IMG/VR virus record: IMGVR_UViG_3300027712_000018
Strand: one strand, 5' to 3'
Length of the DNA stretch: 64,000 nt
Source: a virus
Translations under genes and position numbers: made by a program
The notes under the pieces: model-generated
The model's input: the letters and a program-made list of their open reading frames with translations, nothing else
The model's database searches: none
Told to the model about the DNA's origin: nothing
Shown: one piece after another, positions 46,535-58,800 of the stretch
Numbering within the stretch: the stretch's first letter is position 1
Layout of the letters: each line of letters starts with the position of its first letter

Positions 46535-47544
46535 GATATTGCTCCGTATATACCTGAAAGGGCTCTGGGCCCTGTTGTGCTGCACGAAGCTGAGTTAAGT
46601 TTTATAGCGTTGCCTGCTGCGCCGCCTTGGTTTCCATTTGTAGTCGCAGTACCGCCAGCAGCGCCCCAACCACCACCGCCGCCACCCATGCGACTAGTCC
46701 CGTCTTGACCAGCTACACCAGCGCCACCACCATCTCCACCAGATCCATCGCCGCCTGCACCGTTAGTTGATGTTCCAGGAAATATTCTGCCTCCACCTCC
46801 ACCGGCCCCGCACCAATCAGTTGCTTTTTTGTTAGCTCCATTCCCCGCACTGCCACCACATGAACCACCTCGACCAGCGCTTCCAAAAACTTGTCCACCA
46901 TCGGCACCAGATGCGCCTATAGCGCCGCCGGCTCCACCAACTTGCGTACCGCCGTTGTAATAACTGTTGCCACCCTTGCCGCCTCCAGCACCACCGCCTC
47001 CTCCGCCCCAACTAGATCCACCGCCTCCGCCTCCGCCTCCGCCAATATAACTAGTGGTTCCTGCCATGTTCATGATAAGATATACGCCCGTCGATACAGA
47101 TACAGCATGTCCGCCATTAAATCCAGCAGAAGGTGGGCCACTGTTACCCTCACCACCCGCACCACCTTTACCCATGATATAACCATTATTGATGATTGTT
47201 AGACCCCTAGGAAATGTGCCAGTAGTTAATGCGGCTACAGCAGTGTTATCAGACCAAATGTATACACCAGAGTTTATTGTTATAACAGCAGGAAATATTC
47301 CTGGCCAACCATTGGCCGAAGCCCAAGTCGCAAGATTCAATTCTTTTTGATTAGTGGAAATTGTCCCGTAAAAAATATACGATTTACTATAAAAGTCACT
47401 CATACTGACGGCTGTTTGTGCTGTTGGTTTTGCGCTTAACAATCTACCTTCAGTTCCAGCTATAGATATAAGAGTGTTAGAAGTATGTGTTAATTCGACG
47501 TTAACATCACTAAGTTTTATTAAACCAGAAGTTTGTAAGGCCAT
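46531..47544 (-). CDS. Glycine-rich receptor-recognising adhesin (gp38-like)
   Basis: IINNGYIMGKGGAGG plus multiple poly-Gly motifs; directly follows the S74 fibre. Confidence 0.75.
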   Translation of the reverse strand: MALQTSGLIKLSDVNVELTHTSNTLISIAGTEGRLLSAKPTAQTAVSMSDFYSKSYIFYGTISTNQKELNLATWASANGWPGIFPAVITINSGVYIWSDNTAVAALTTGTFPRGLTIINNGYIMGKGGAGGEGNSGPPSAGFNGGHAVSVSTGVYLIMNMAGTTSYIGGGGGGGGGSSWGGGGGGAGGGKGGNSYYNGGTQVGGAGGAIGASGADGGQVFGSAGRGGSCGGSAGNGANKKATDWCGAGGGGGRIFPGTSTNGAGGDGSGGDGGGAGVAGQDGTSRMGGGGGGWGAAGGTATTNGNQGGAAGNAIKLNSASCSTTGPRALSGIYGAIS

Positions 47545-47545
47545 G

Positions 47546-50239
47546 TTAAATTCTCTTTTCTAGCTTATCAACTTTTGCTTGAAGTTCTTTAATTGCTTCT
47601 ATTAGAACGCCAACGATGTTACCATATGCGACTGATTTATATTCTCCATCGTGAACGACTTCAGGAAGAACCTTTTCAATCTCTTGTGCAACCACACCCG
47701 TTGAAGATCTTCCATCTTTGTCGAAGTATACACCACGCATCGCAGACACTTTATCAAGGGCATTGTCAATAGTACGAATATTGGTCTTTAGACGTTCGTC
47801 AGAGAAAGCGGTAACATCTCCCAACATTGTAAGAGCGCCGGCAGAAGTGACAGTCATCTTATTGCTGCCGTATGTATCAGTACTTGATTGTAAAACAAAT
47901 ACACCACTATTCACAAGAACTCGCCAATCGCCTGTTGCATCGGTGTCCGACAGTTGTATATAAGGAACAGATGCACTTACATTAATATAAGGAACAGTTA
48001 TTGTACCAGTGGAGGCGATACGCATACGTTCTATGCCACTTGTATTAAAAGTAATTGCACCAGCATCTTCAGCAGTTAAATAAAAGTCTCCAGTTCCACG
48101 ATGACTTATACCGCTTGGTGCATTGGCCCCAGTATTTCCACGTAAAATCCGAAAACCATAGTCTGTATAGGTGGCGTCACCAACCAAATCTATATATGCA
48201 AAGGCGTTGCCAGTTCTCCCATTGCCAATCTGAATAGATCGACTTTCTGTCGTGGCTGCGGGCATATAGATATCACCACCTATGCTGTAGGTAATGTTTG
48301 TAGAACTTGATCCAGCCAAAATGTTACCAGAAGCTTCGATACGCATACGCTCATTGCCATTAGTAACAAAGATAGTCGGAAGTGTTGCCGAATAATTATA
48401 TAAAGAAACCCCAGAAGTAGCATCCGTTTGAAGCCTAGCAATATCAGCGCCAGAACTATTGAATAAAGAATATCCACCGCCAGAAGTACCACCTTTGACA
48501 GTTACAAATCTGTAGTTTGTAGCAGTCAATGGTGTAGTAGTCCCAATCCCCACGTTACCATCAGATTGAATACGCATACGTTCTAAATTGGAGGTGGTGA
48601 AACCAATAGCTGACCAAACGCCACCGCTATTTTGTCCAGCAGAAATTGTTGGAGAAGTTCCATCTGTAGACTGAGTAATGTTAAGTGGTGCAAGTGTTGC
48701 GTTGGCTGAGAATGAAGCAATCGTATAGGCATCACCACGATATGAAGCAAACCCTTGAACATGAAGTTTAGTAGCTGGAGAAACCGTACCAATCCCGACT
48801 CTACCATTTGTAGAATCTATAAACAGTGTATCAGTATTGAATACGGTGTTACCAGACATAACGGCTGCCGTCAAAGTTTTATTAGTAAGTGTTTCCGATC
48901 CCGCTAATGTTGCAAGAGTTCCCGATGTTGGTAGTGTAACCGAAGTTGCTGCAGTGGTCGTCAGTACTGTGGCAAATGCTCCATTGGTAGTTAAGTTGCC
49001 GCCAAGCGTGATCGTCTTACCAGCGTTGTTAGCACCAGTTCCGCCCCATTGGCCAGCAACAAGAGTTCCTTGCCAAACGCCAGTTGCGATTGTACCAACA
49101 GAAGTCAAGCTTGATCCAACAACAGTTGATCCAAGTGAAATTGAGTTTGCAACAAGTATGTTATTGATTTTATAAGATTTGCCTGCAACAAGATCAAAAT
49201 CTTCAGACGAAGTCCATGCACCAGTAGCATTGATCCAATTGATCGTTTTGTCTGTCAATCCTTTAAGAGTAAGACCACCACCATCAGCGGTAGTATTGTT
49301 GGCACTAGCAATTGATCCTAATTCAATATTCTTATCATCAACAGTAATGGTTGTCGAATTCAAAGTTACGGTAGTTCCATTAACTGTCAATAGACCAGTA
49401 ATAACAACGTCATTGTTAAATGTGGCAGTTCCAGTAGCACCAGAAATACCAGAACCAAAGTTGATATTGGTAATAGATCCAGAAGCACCACCCGTACCGA
49501 TGTTAATCGTTTTTGTTGTAGCAGAAGCGACTGAACCCGTAGACAGGTTCATGGTAGATGCCGCAGTTCCAGTATAACCTTCAGTCAAAGTCGTTGCACT
49601 GGCCCAAGCGTTGAATGATGCACCACTATCAACAGATGTAGCGAATGTTGGTGTTGTGTTGAATACCAAATAACCAGCACCAGTTTCGTCGGAAATGACA
49701 CCAGCAAGTTCGAGAGAAGTCGTTGCGGCAAATGCGGATAGTTTGTTACTCGTTAAAGCGAGAGTGCCCGATGCGTCTTGAACCGTCAGTGTACGTGTAT
49801 TGCTAGCGGTGATACTCGACAATTGAAACTGGACTTTTTTAGTGTTGTCAACATCATCTTGGAAGAACGTCAAAGAATCAGTAAAAGTTTTATTGGTTAA
49901 CGTTTCAGTACCAACAAGAGTTGACAAAGTTCCCGTAGTTGGCAGTGTCACCGAAGTTGCTGCAGTGGTCGTCAGTACTGTGGCATATGCACCATTGGTG
50001 GTTAAGTTACCACCAAGAGTGATCGTCTTGCCTGAGTTGTTTACACCTGTTCCACCATACTGACCAGCGATGATAGTCGCCGCCCAAGTTCCAGATGTCA
50101 CACTATTTGTAATAATAATGTTATTGCTGGTAAGGTTTGCTGAGACTGAAGCATCACCAGTGATTGTAGTGTTGCCTGCGGTAAAAACGGACCCAATATT
50201 GAGCCCGTTCTTTACCACAAAATTCTTATCGTTTGCCAT
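47546..50239 (-). CDS. Long tail fibre distal subunit with C-terminal S74 intramolecular chaperone
   Basis: FSDERLKTNI...GVVAQEIEKVLPEVV...LIEAIKEL. Confidence 0.85.
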   Translation of the reverse strand: MANDKNFVVKNGLNIGSVFTAGNTTITGDASVSANLTSNNIIITNSVTSGTWAATIIAGQYGGTGVNNSGKTITLGGNLTTNGAYATVLTTTAATSVTLPTTGTLSTLVGTETLTNKTFTDSLTFFQDDVDNTKKVQFQLSSITASNTRTLTVQDASGTLALTSNKLSAFAATTSLELAGVISDETGAGYLVFNTTPTFATSVDSGASFNAWASATTLTEGYTGTAASTMNLSTGSVASATTKTINIGTGGASGSITNINFGSGISGATGTATFNNDVVITGLLTVNGTTVTLNSTTITVDDKNIELGSIASANNTTADGGGLTLKGLTDKTINWINATGAWTSSEDFDLVAGKSYKINNILVANSISLGSTVVGSSLTSVGTIATGVWQGTLVAGQWGGTGANNAGKTITLGGNLTTNGAFATVLTTTAATSVTLPTSGTLATLAGSETLTNKTLTAAVMSGNTVFNTDTLFIDSTNGRVGIGTVSPATKLHVQGFASYRGDAYTIASFSANATLAPLNITQSTDGTSPTISAGQNSGGVWSAIGFTTSNLERMRIQSDGNVGIGTTTPLTATNYRFVTVKGGTSGGGYSLFNSSGADIARLQTDATSGVSLYNYSATLPTIFVTNGNERMRIEASGNILAGSSSTNITYSIGGDIYMPAATTESRSIQIGNGRTGNAFAYIDLVGDATYTDYGFRILRGNTGANAPSGISHRGTGDFYLTAEDAGAITFNTSGIERMRIASTGTITVPYINVSASVPYIQLSDTDATGDWRVLVNSGVFVLQSSTDTYGSNKMTVTSAGALTMLGDVTAFSDERLKTNIRTIDNALDKVSAMRGVYFDKDGRSSTGVVAQEIEKVLPEVVHDGEYKSVAYGNIVGVLIEAIKELQAKVDKLEKRI
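48915..50070. repeat. Internal ~140-bp duplication in the S74 fibre gene
   Basis: ~48915-49060 and ~49925-50070 share ACCGAAGTTGCTGCAGTGGTCGTCAGTACTGTGGCA and flanks; a related copy lies at ~42965-43130. Confidence 0.75.
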
Positions 50240-50259
50240 GGTTCACTTTCCCCTATAGC

Positions 50260-52641
50260 TTAAATTTTGATTAGCGTTAGTGCCGTATTAAATGTCGTTG
50301 ATGTTGCAGAGGCCAATGTCGCAAGGAATCTAACGTTACCCCCACTGACATCAACGTCATATGTAACAAGACTTGATCCTGTTAAAATGGTTCCGTATTC
50401 TGTCGCATATGCGGTAGTACCGTTATGGGTCAGAAGAATTTTAGAGATATGTCTAGCACTTCCCTGAGTCGCACAGATGAGTAGTTCGGCCGCACTGAAT
50501 GATGCAATTGGGAATGATGCAATTAGTGATGGAACGGCGGTTGTTAGTGTAACTTGTTGTGATTGTTCCGCATGATACAGATAAGACACAGCAGTATTTG
50601 CATACACGGTATTGGCGTTAACAGTGTTTCCGTTTACCGTAGTACCTGTAGTCGTAATCGAAGTTACGTTATTAGAGTATACGTTACTCCAATAGTTTGT
50701 CGTCGATCCTAATGGGTAGGTGTTGTTTGCAGCAGGGATGAAGCTACTGTTAGCATATGCGTTAAACTGAACTAAATTGCTAGCACTATTCCCTATAATT
50801 GTAGTACCATTACTCGTAAATAATGATGTAACAGTTGAAGTGGTGACAGTTGAGGTATTAACCGCCAGTGTCACGTTAGAAGACAAAGTGGTACTACCCG
50901 TAACAGTCAAATCGCCAGTGATTATGGTATTTCCAGATCCCAAAATTCCAGTAACACTAACACCAGCTGAAGTTGTAGCAATTCTTGCAGTATTAGCAAA
51001 ATACAAAGTTGACGCACCACTACGAACAAACGTAGCCATAGTTTCAGTCACAGTAGAGTTGGATGTCACAATGTTTAGCTGATTGGTGTCAATGTTTAAT
51101 GTGCCAGTACCACCTTCACTGATATAAGAGTTGGTTCCGTTACTGTATAATTGTAGTTCTGGGCCTGTACCGATGTTGAGATACTTGTTGACCGCAATTC
51201 CCAAGTTTGCAGACAATGTAGTGTTACCGACAACACTCAATGTGCCACCTACGTTAGCATTTGATGTGACGTTGGCCGTTGACATTGTAGTCAAACCAGT
51301 TACACTTAAAGTGTTGGATGCGGTAATTGCACCCACGACACCCAATGTTCCACCTACGTTAGCGGTTGTGGTTACACCTAAGACGTTAATGTTTGCAGTC
51401 GCCGAAGCAGTAACGTTGGCCGAGAAAGTCGCCACCCCTGCCACACCCAATGTTCCGCCTACGTTAGCATTCACACTAACGTTAGCTGATCCGATGACGT
51501 TTAACACTGTCCCCGTGAATGCCAAGTTTGCGCTGTCAACGACTAAGCCGCCAGTACTTACTAATGGAACACGACCAGAAGTCAAGTTACTTACGGTTAG
51601 GTTGGCTGTTACGGTGTTGCTTACGACTGTCAGATCTTTTACAAACAAAGATTTCCAAGATACGGCCGCTGAACCAAGATCGTATGTTATGTTCGCACTG
51701 GCGAAGATACCTGTAGTGTTAGCGACCAAAGCAGTAGTCGATACGGTGTTGTTAGCGACGACAAGGTTGAATGTTCCTGGCAATGCAGAGGCGGTTGGGT
51801 CAAGAGTTTTGAGTGTACGAGTTCCCGCCCCATTTAGAACAAATTGGTTCGAAGTCTGAATGTTGTTGGCGGCATAGACATACGTTGTAAAAACGTTACC
51901 GTAATTGTTCGCCGTCGATCCAAGATTTATAGCGTTAGTCGTGGGAATCAAGTCTGCTGCAAGTGCGGCGGTGACAGTCAGTCTGTCTACCGAAGCCGAG
52001 TCACCTATGACAGTGTTACCCGTGATATTAATCAGAGCGCCTGAGAATGTGGCGTTTGCAGTAGCGGTAAGTACACCATCAATATTGACATTCGCATTAA
52101 AGTCTGATATAGCATTCACATTAAGAACGTCAGTACTTGCATCGCCAATTGTAGTGTTCACACTAGTGATATATACAAATGGCCCTGCAAATGTTGTGTT
52201 TGAACTAATGGTGACTGCGCCGGTGTTGACTGTGACAGTGTTAGCATCAATCTTAATAAACTTTGACGTAGCATTGAATGTCAAGTTGCTTGTCACGATA
52301 GTATTGTTTGAGTTGATGTTTACTGTGTTGGCGCCAGTAATGTCAACGTTACCAGTGGTATTGAATAGAGTGTTAGATGTGATGGTCAAGTCGGCGGGGA
52401 CAGTTACCGTCCCGCCTCTTAGCGCAGTGGCCACCGCTATGGTATTGGCTGTAACAACGCCCACAATTGCAAGGTTACCCGTAGTCAAACCAGAGTTTAC
52501 GGTATTTGGTTCACCAGATACCTGAGTTACTGTGACTACGATATTGCCCATATCGTCTCTGACGGCATTAGTTTTATCAATCCAACCAGAGAAAGAATCT
52601 GTTGCCCCAATATTTGCGCCTAGATAAGAAGTCTTTGCCAT
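50260..52641 (-). CDS. Tail fibre subunit (793 aa), Asn/Thr rich
   Basis: ANVGGTLGV repeats; C-terminal THNGTTAYATEYG domain. Confidence 0.75.
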   Translation of the reverse strand: MAKTSYLGANIGATDSFSGWIDKTNAVRDDMGNIVVTVTQVSGEPNTVNSGLTTGNLAIVGVVTANTIAVATALRGGTVTVPADLTITSNTLFNTTGNVDITGANTVNINSNNTIVTSNLTFNATSKFIKIDANTVTVNTGAVTISSNTTFAGPFVYITSVNTTIGDASTDVLNVNAISDFNANVNIDGVLTATANATFSGALINITGNTVIGDSASVDRLTVTAALAADLIPTTNAINLGSTANNYGNVFTTYVYAANNIQTSNQFVLNGAGTRTLKTLDPTASALPGTFNLVVANNTVSTTALVANTTGIFASANITYDLGSAAVSWKSLFVKDLTVVSNTVTANLTVSNLTSGRVPLVSTGGLVVDSANLAFTGTVLNVIGSANVSVNANVGGTLGVAGVATFSANVTASATANINVLGVTTTANVGGTLGVVGAITASNTLSVTGLTTMSTANVTSNANVGGTLSVVGNTTLSANLGIAVNKYLNIGTGPELQLYSNGTNSYISEGGTGTLNIDTNQLNIVTSNSTVTETMATFVRSGASTLYFANTARIATTSAGVSVTGILGSGNTIITGDLTVTGSTTLSSNVTLAVNTSTVTTSTVTSLFTSNGTTIIGNSASNLVQFNAYANSSFIPAANNTYPLGSTTNYWSNVYSNNVTSITTTGTTVNGNTVNANTVYANTAVSYLYHAEQSQQVTLTTAVPSLIASFPIASFSAAELLICATQGSARHISKILLTHNGTTAYATEYGTILTGSSLVTYDVDVSGGNVRFLATLASATSTTFNTALTLIKI

Positions 52642-52644
52642 CTA

Positions 52645-52848
52645 TTAATTACCCACTAGTTTGGTTAGAAGATTGAGGACGTTTTTGAGTTTGTCATTCA
52701 AACTTTTTACTTCCTCTTCTAAAGTATTTATTCTATTTTGTAGAGACCTTTTTAATTTGTATTCTTCAAAGGCTTGGTGATCTTTATTCACTATAGCCTT
52801 TGAAGATGGATCTCTATTATAACTTGGATCGTCAGTCGTAATTTTCAT
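52645..52848 (-). CDS. Small coiled-coil protein
   Basis: 67 aa; RDPSSKAIVN..INTLEEEVKSL. Confidence 0.75.
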   Translation of the reverse strand: MKITTDDPSYNRDPSSKAIVNKDHQAFEEYKLKRSLQNRINTLEEEVKSLNDKLKNVLNLLTKLVGN

Positions 52849-52849
52849 A

Positions 52850-55800
52850 TTATGTTAATGCTATTGCTCTTAGGTTTTTAACTTTTGGAACAACGTTATG
52901 TGCTTCCCCCAATAGAACAATCTTAATCGCAAAGTACTTATAACCGATGTAGATAGCACCACCAGCGTCTTTGTAAGTGATTTTGTTACCATTTGAAGAG
53001 TCCAATATAGCACCAGCATTTGCACCCAAGACGGCGCCCACTGGCATATAGTATTCAAATTCACGGTAGTCGTACAGATCAGATACGGATGATGTTAGGT
53101 TGGTCGAGTCTTTGAGAGTCAGTTTAGTCCATTCGACTTCGCCAAGTGGTCTTTGGTCACTCTTATGTTTAAATCTTGCATAGACTTCAATTTTGGCTCC
53201 AGTAGGTCTATATGCAGTCAAATACACCTTGAGGTCTTCAGCATCTAAGTTCTCTTCCAATGTTACAGGTTTAGTGATAAACTTGGTTAGAGCGTTACCA
53301 CCAATTGGAAGGATTTCATTATTAGAATCATTATTAATGATGTGTTCGAACACATTTATAATACCAGACTTGTAGTTCACGATTGGAGTCGAGTCTTTAA
53401 CACCAGAGAAGTTATTGTTTAGTGTTGCAGAGATTCTAAATCCTTGTTGGGTTTGCAAAGAAGCACTGGGAATTGTCCCCAAATACTTGTGATAAGGAAT
53501 TTCCTGTGTCACAGATATTGGTTGATTGGTGTCATTTCTAATAAATGATGGAGAAGGCCCAGCAATGAAATCGAGTTGATACTTGGTACTTGTGTTAGTG
53601 TAGTTGTATTGATCAACTTTGGCTCTCATTGTACTGACGTTAAGAGCGTCGATTGAAGAGATGGTCGCACTACAATTTGATTTTATGCCACGAATCGTGT
53701 CGCCCACTACAAATTTTTGTGTACTAGCCACACTAGCGCCAATCGGATTTGATGATCCTCTCAAGTGAAGTAGGTTAGAAGAAGCGTTGTAATATGAAAC
53801 CGTACCTGTAACAGCTTTGAACACATTAGCTGATGTGTTTGAATAAAAAGGAGCTCTATCTAAAGTGATTACCGTTGAATTTGCTGCTGTGATTTTAACA
53901 GCATCAACGACGATGTTATTATTAGCTCCAACAGCCCAATAACCTAGCCAATTACCGCTCGAAAATGTACCCGTTAAATCGGTATTAGTACTAATTGTCT
54001 TAAGTGAACTATTTGTGGTAATACTTGCTAATGAAATATTAGCGTTGAGTTTAACTACAATTTCATCTGCAGTGAAATTGGAACCATATGTATGGCCTTT
54101 ATTGTCAATATAAGTAGTTCCTGTCGGAGTAATTGTGAAGAATTCGTGGTCATCGTTTGTCAAATACGAAACACCCGTTCCACTATATTCATTGTTGTAG
54201 AACGTAAATTTCAAATTGTCAGTGTTATTTGGCGTCCAAGCAAGACCGTTTGTTGATGTGAATAGAGTGCCAGTAAACGTATCCTTTGTCACGGAAATTT
54301 GTTTAATAACATCTTTGTCGCCAGATCTAGCAATCCACATTCTAAAACTAGGATCGTGAGCATCGGGAATGATCACGATTGCATAAGTTGTATCAGTTTT
54401 TAATATTATAAGATCATCAAACGATATAGTGGTTGCCGCTTCAGAGGTGGTATTTGCATTGATTGATTCGTTAGGAACATATTTTGATGCAAGTATTTCA
54501 CTAGGGTTAGGACGATCATTTTTTGTGCCGACAATTTGAATTGTAACGCCATGACCCGTAGAGGCAGCTGGTTTGGCTTGGAAATAAAGGTCAATAGTGT
54601 CAGTAACAATAACGCTATCATTCCCCATCGTGCGTTTGATGGTGAATGTTTGTGAAAGATAGTCAAACACTAACGTATCGTTGACGTTGATTACAGACGT
54701 TTCAGTGTAAGTTCCACCCGTTTTAAAGGTGATAGGTGGCATAGGATATTCACGACCTTTGGCAAATCCGTGTGCGTCACCATCGTTATAAGCACTATAA
54801 ATCGCAGTAGCTACAGTGGTCGTGCCTAATTTAGCACTCTCATATACTTGTATCTTATGTTCGCCAACCTTTAGATTGTTAGGTGGAATATTTAATACAG
54901 CTAACATTTCACCTTTTGAGTCGGATAGAACTGACATTTCACCAGACTCACTCCACAATGCACTGGTGTCGTGAATCCAATCACCATGAATTGCTTCAGA
55001 CGTATCACGTGTTCCATATCCAGACGAAATGGATGTGATATCGGTGCCACTAGTGTAGTGTCCTGGCAATACGTTTGTGGCTTGACCGTCAACAAACACC
55101 CAATATCTAGTCTTAGGTTTTAGACCAGTAACTTTAATTCTAATATCTTGTGGTCTAGCAAAAGCAGAGTTGAATGTTGACGTAGAAACGGTAGATGATA
55201 CCCACTGCCACTTACCACTATGATATCCCCAATTGTACCATCCGCCATTTTTATAAGTTAGAGTTGAGGTTTTTACACTCAGTCCATCAGCAGAATATTC
55301 ATAGATTGGATCACCAAGTCCTGACGGCTCAGGGGTGATGATGGTATCTTTACCAAGATCATAGTATGGATAGATTTGGATCGTACCAGTGTTGTCGTAT
55401 GTATTCACTACCGTCTCTTTATGGTAGGTCGCATAAGGTTGTCTGATAAGAATACGATTATTCGTGTCTTTTATTGTAAAAGAATTATTGTAGTAACGGA
55501 TATTGTTATCGTTAATACCAATATCTTTCTTAATATGTAGTGGATATTCTCTGAATCTTGGAATAACTTCTTCAGTATCCGCATCGTATCCAGCGGAAAA
55601 ATCTGGATCAAATAAATCTGCACCCATCAAATTGCTAAAATTGTCAACCAAAATACCATTTTTGAAACGATTTAGGCCGTTTGCGTCAGTGATCATCAAG
55701 TTTTTGGTGTCTGTTTCGAGTAGACTTAATGCACTGTAATATTCTAGTCTATTCACACGACTATCAATGCCGCCAACGTCATCCATGGTGTATCTACGGT

Positions 55801-58800
55801 GGCTTCTTGGTGTTACGGTAACCCCGTATCTCTTTTTATTAAGCGATGCGGCCGCACTAGAAGACAGTGATGGATATTCTGGAACAGTAATATCGGCCAA
55901 AATCATACCAGACGAAGGTTCGTTTGGTGGTATTGGACTGTCAGATGGCGTTCCTTGCTTAAGAACTAGGTTACCACTAGCATCAATCATCAAATAGTCT
56001 TTTCTAGCCAGATAGTAACTGTAATCTGTCACCAATGGTTCATTTGCAGTTGGCAGATACAGTTCCGAATTGGTATTAAAGCTGATAGTAGAAACAGGAT
56101 TTACAGTTGCACTTGCGGAAGTTGTCGAGTTTGCGGCAGTGTTGACCGAATACATTCTGAAGTCGATAACATCTCTTAGATCATACACCATATTGTTTGT
56201 GGCAGTATATGATGGAATGTTATAGGTTTGAATTGCGGAAGTATTTGCAGTATTAACATCGTCAATTGGGTATGATGATACTGTAAAGAATCCGTAATCA
56301 GTATCTATAGTCGATTTTTTGAAACGAGTTAGTTTAACTAACAAAGTCGAGTATTGAGTAAGAGTTAATCCAGACTTTTTGGAAATAGTTGACAGGCCAT
56401 AGTAATCATCTTTTTGGTTTGTATTCAAAGAGAAATACGATTTCTTGTCGTTTGCAGAAGATTCTGCGGCGTATGAATTCGCACTACCCACGTAGATATT
56501 TTCAATCTTGTACACATCAGGAAAACCTAAAGTCCAAGGCCCTGTGTTGTTGGCACTGTTGTTAGCGCACAGAATCTTTACGTATACAGTCTCAAGAACC
56601 TTTTTGGTTGGTGCAGTGATGGCAGTTCTCTTAGCGTTGTAATACAACACAGAGTTGGCTATAGGGGTGCTATTAGCAAAAGCGGGAATAGTGATATTGA
56701 GTTGGTTACTCGTGACAACCATTGTAGCAGTAGACAAATCAATCGGTTTGTCCTTTACATATGGCCCAGTAGTAGTACCAGAAATAAGCATGAAGTCTTT
56801 TCTTTGTGTACTGTCTAGTGTTCCACTCACATTGAATGTGCCTGTTGGAACGGTGAAGGTAGAAGCGACACCCGTGTTAACAATAGAAGAAATGACATTC
56901 GAAGATCTGTAAATGTAGTTTGCAGATGTAGTGGCAGCAGGCAAAGCTTTTAGTGCATCACGACCTACTGTGAACAGACGAAGTTTGAATGCTTGGTCGT
57001 AGATGGTTGTGTCAACCAAGTCTGCAGTTCCGGCAATTCCGTTTACGATTGATTTAACATCATCCCATATACCTATAACAGTTGCAATCCCGTTGTTTAC
57101 ATAAGATCCGCCAGTAGAAGTGTTCGCAATCGTGAAGTGTGTCGCATTAGCAGTAGTGACGGTTTGGTTTGATAAATTGTATGTAGTTGGATTGACGCCC
57201 GTGATGGATACTTTTGTGTTTGCGGTATAATTATTATTGCTAGCAACGTAAATAAAAGAAGTGCCGTTTGAACTTGCACCAGTAATAGTAGTATTACTGA
57301 TATTCATTTTAATATCAGACAAATACATCTTGTAGTAAGCGTTCGCCGAACTCATAGTACCACTGTCATATTCAACTGATATTACTTTTGCAGTACCAAT
57401 TGATACGCCACTGTTTGCGCCGATAGATCCATCAGTAGAATTTGTTTGAGTCGCATTGAATAGGTTGACAGTGGCCGCTTTGTTAAAATCGAAAGCGCCC
57501 ATATATTCTTTTACAAGAACATAATTTCCGTAGTTACTGGATACGCTCTGTGTCAATTCGGTATTAGAACTAGTTGACTTTGGCAAATCGACGGTAGTTC
57601 TATTAAGAAGTTCTACACGCTTTCCTTCGACATAAGCAATACCAGAACCAATATCAAGGTTCAACGCCTGTTCTCTGACTTCGCCATCACCAACTCCCAA
57701 TGCAGTTGCAGTGAAAATAGTTCCAACCGTTGCACCTGACGGCGCACCTATAGCAACAAAGCCACTAGTTCCAGTAGAACCTAAGTTTGTAATAGCATAA
57801 CTCTTGCCAACTTTTATACCAGTAACTTCAGTAGTAACAATATTATTTGACGTTTTAATAGGAAAGTCTTTTACAATGTAGTTGCCTGACTCTTCTTTCG
57901 TGCGTTGTTCAATGACATTCATGATGCCGTTGTATTGAGTGCCAAGATTTCTACGAACAACTTTACCGTACATGTATTCTTGAATAGCGAAGAAGGTCTG
58001 ATCGTTTTCAGCAGTGGTTTTATCCATAACTGTTAGAATAGGAGTTAACTTTAGACGATCTGCGCCTGGAGCTTGATAGTTGTTGTATCCCGAAGCATTA
58101 TCCAATAAGGAAATGTCATTGTCACTAGTGATGAGTGATTCTGCGGTTTGGAATCCGACGACCGCATTGTTCGGCACGTTTGTGTAACGATTGGCAGTTG
58201 TTACACCAGATGCCGTAGTGTAACTTGGGACAATGACGAGCTGTGGATCGACACGGGTGAAGAATCCCTTTTGATAAATGATACCTTCTCCTACACGTAC
58301 ACCGTATGAGTCGCCAACAGCGTTAGCAGGAATTGACAAAACGCTACCCGCCACCGTCACAGTGTCGATTAGTCCGTTGTTGCTCAGATATCTAAGTTCT
58401 AGGTTTTCACTTACGTTGAAAGTTTTGATGGAGGGGTCTGTATTTCCACTTCCCGTATATTTAATATACAGAGTGTTTAGATCAGGGTCTTGCGATTCCA
58501 ATCCAATATCATAATCTTGTACGATAGCGGTAACGCCAGTTGACAAACCGTTGATCTTGGCCCCAGCATAGTTACTCATTGGAACTGGTTGGCCGTTTGT
58601 ATTCAAATCAAGAATTTTAACATACTTGAGGTTAGCGATCTCAGTAAAGTTACAACCTTCAATGATTGTGCCTTCTTGCAAGATGTTGTTACCAAAACGT
58701 TCAACCTGATTTTGAAGAATAGATTGAAGTTGCGTCATCTCTCTAGCTTGTATTGCTACACCGGGCTTAAAAAGAATTCTATGAAAGTTTTTCGCTGTAT

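Noticed and set aside
50240-50259. GGGGAAAGTGAACC spacer as a frameshift or read-through fusing the 793-aa and 897-aa fibres
   Set aside because: The gap is 20 nt and there is an in-frame TGA two codons before the ATG; it is adequately explained as an RBS.
34188-52641. Possible diversity-generating retroelement or invertase shufflon in the fibre cluster
   Set aside because: No reverse transcriptase or recombinase gene in the window; repeats are direct, and differences are not adenine-specific.
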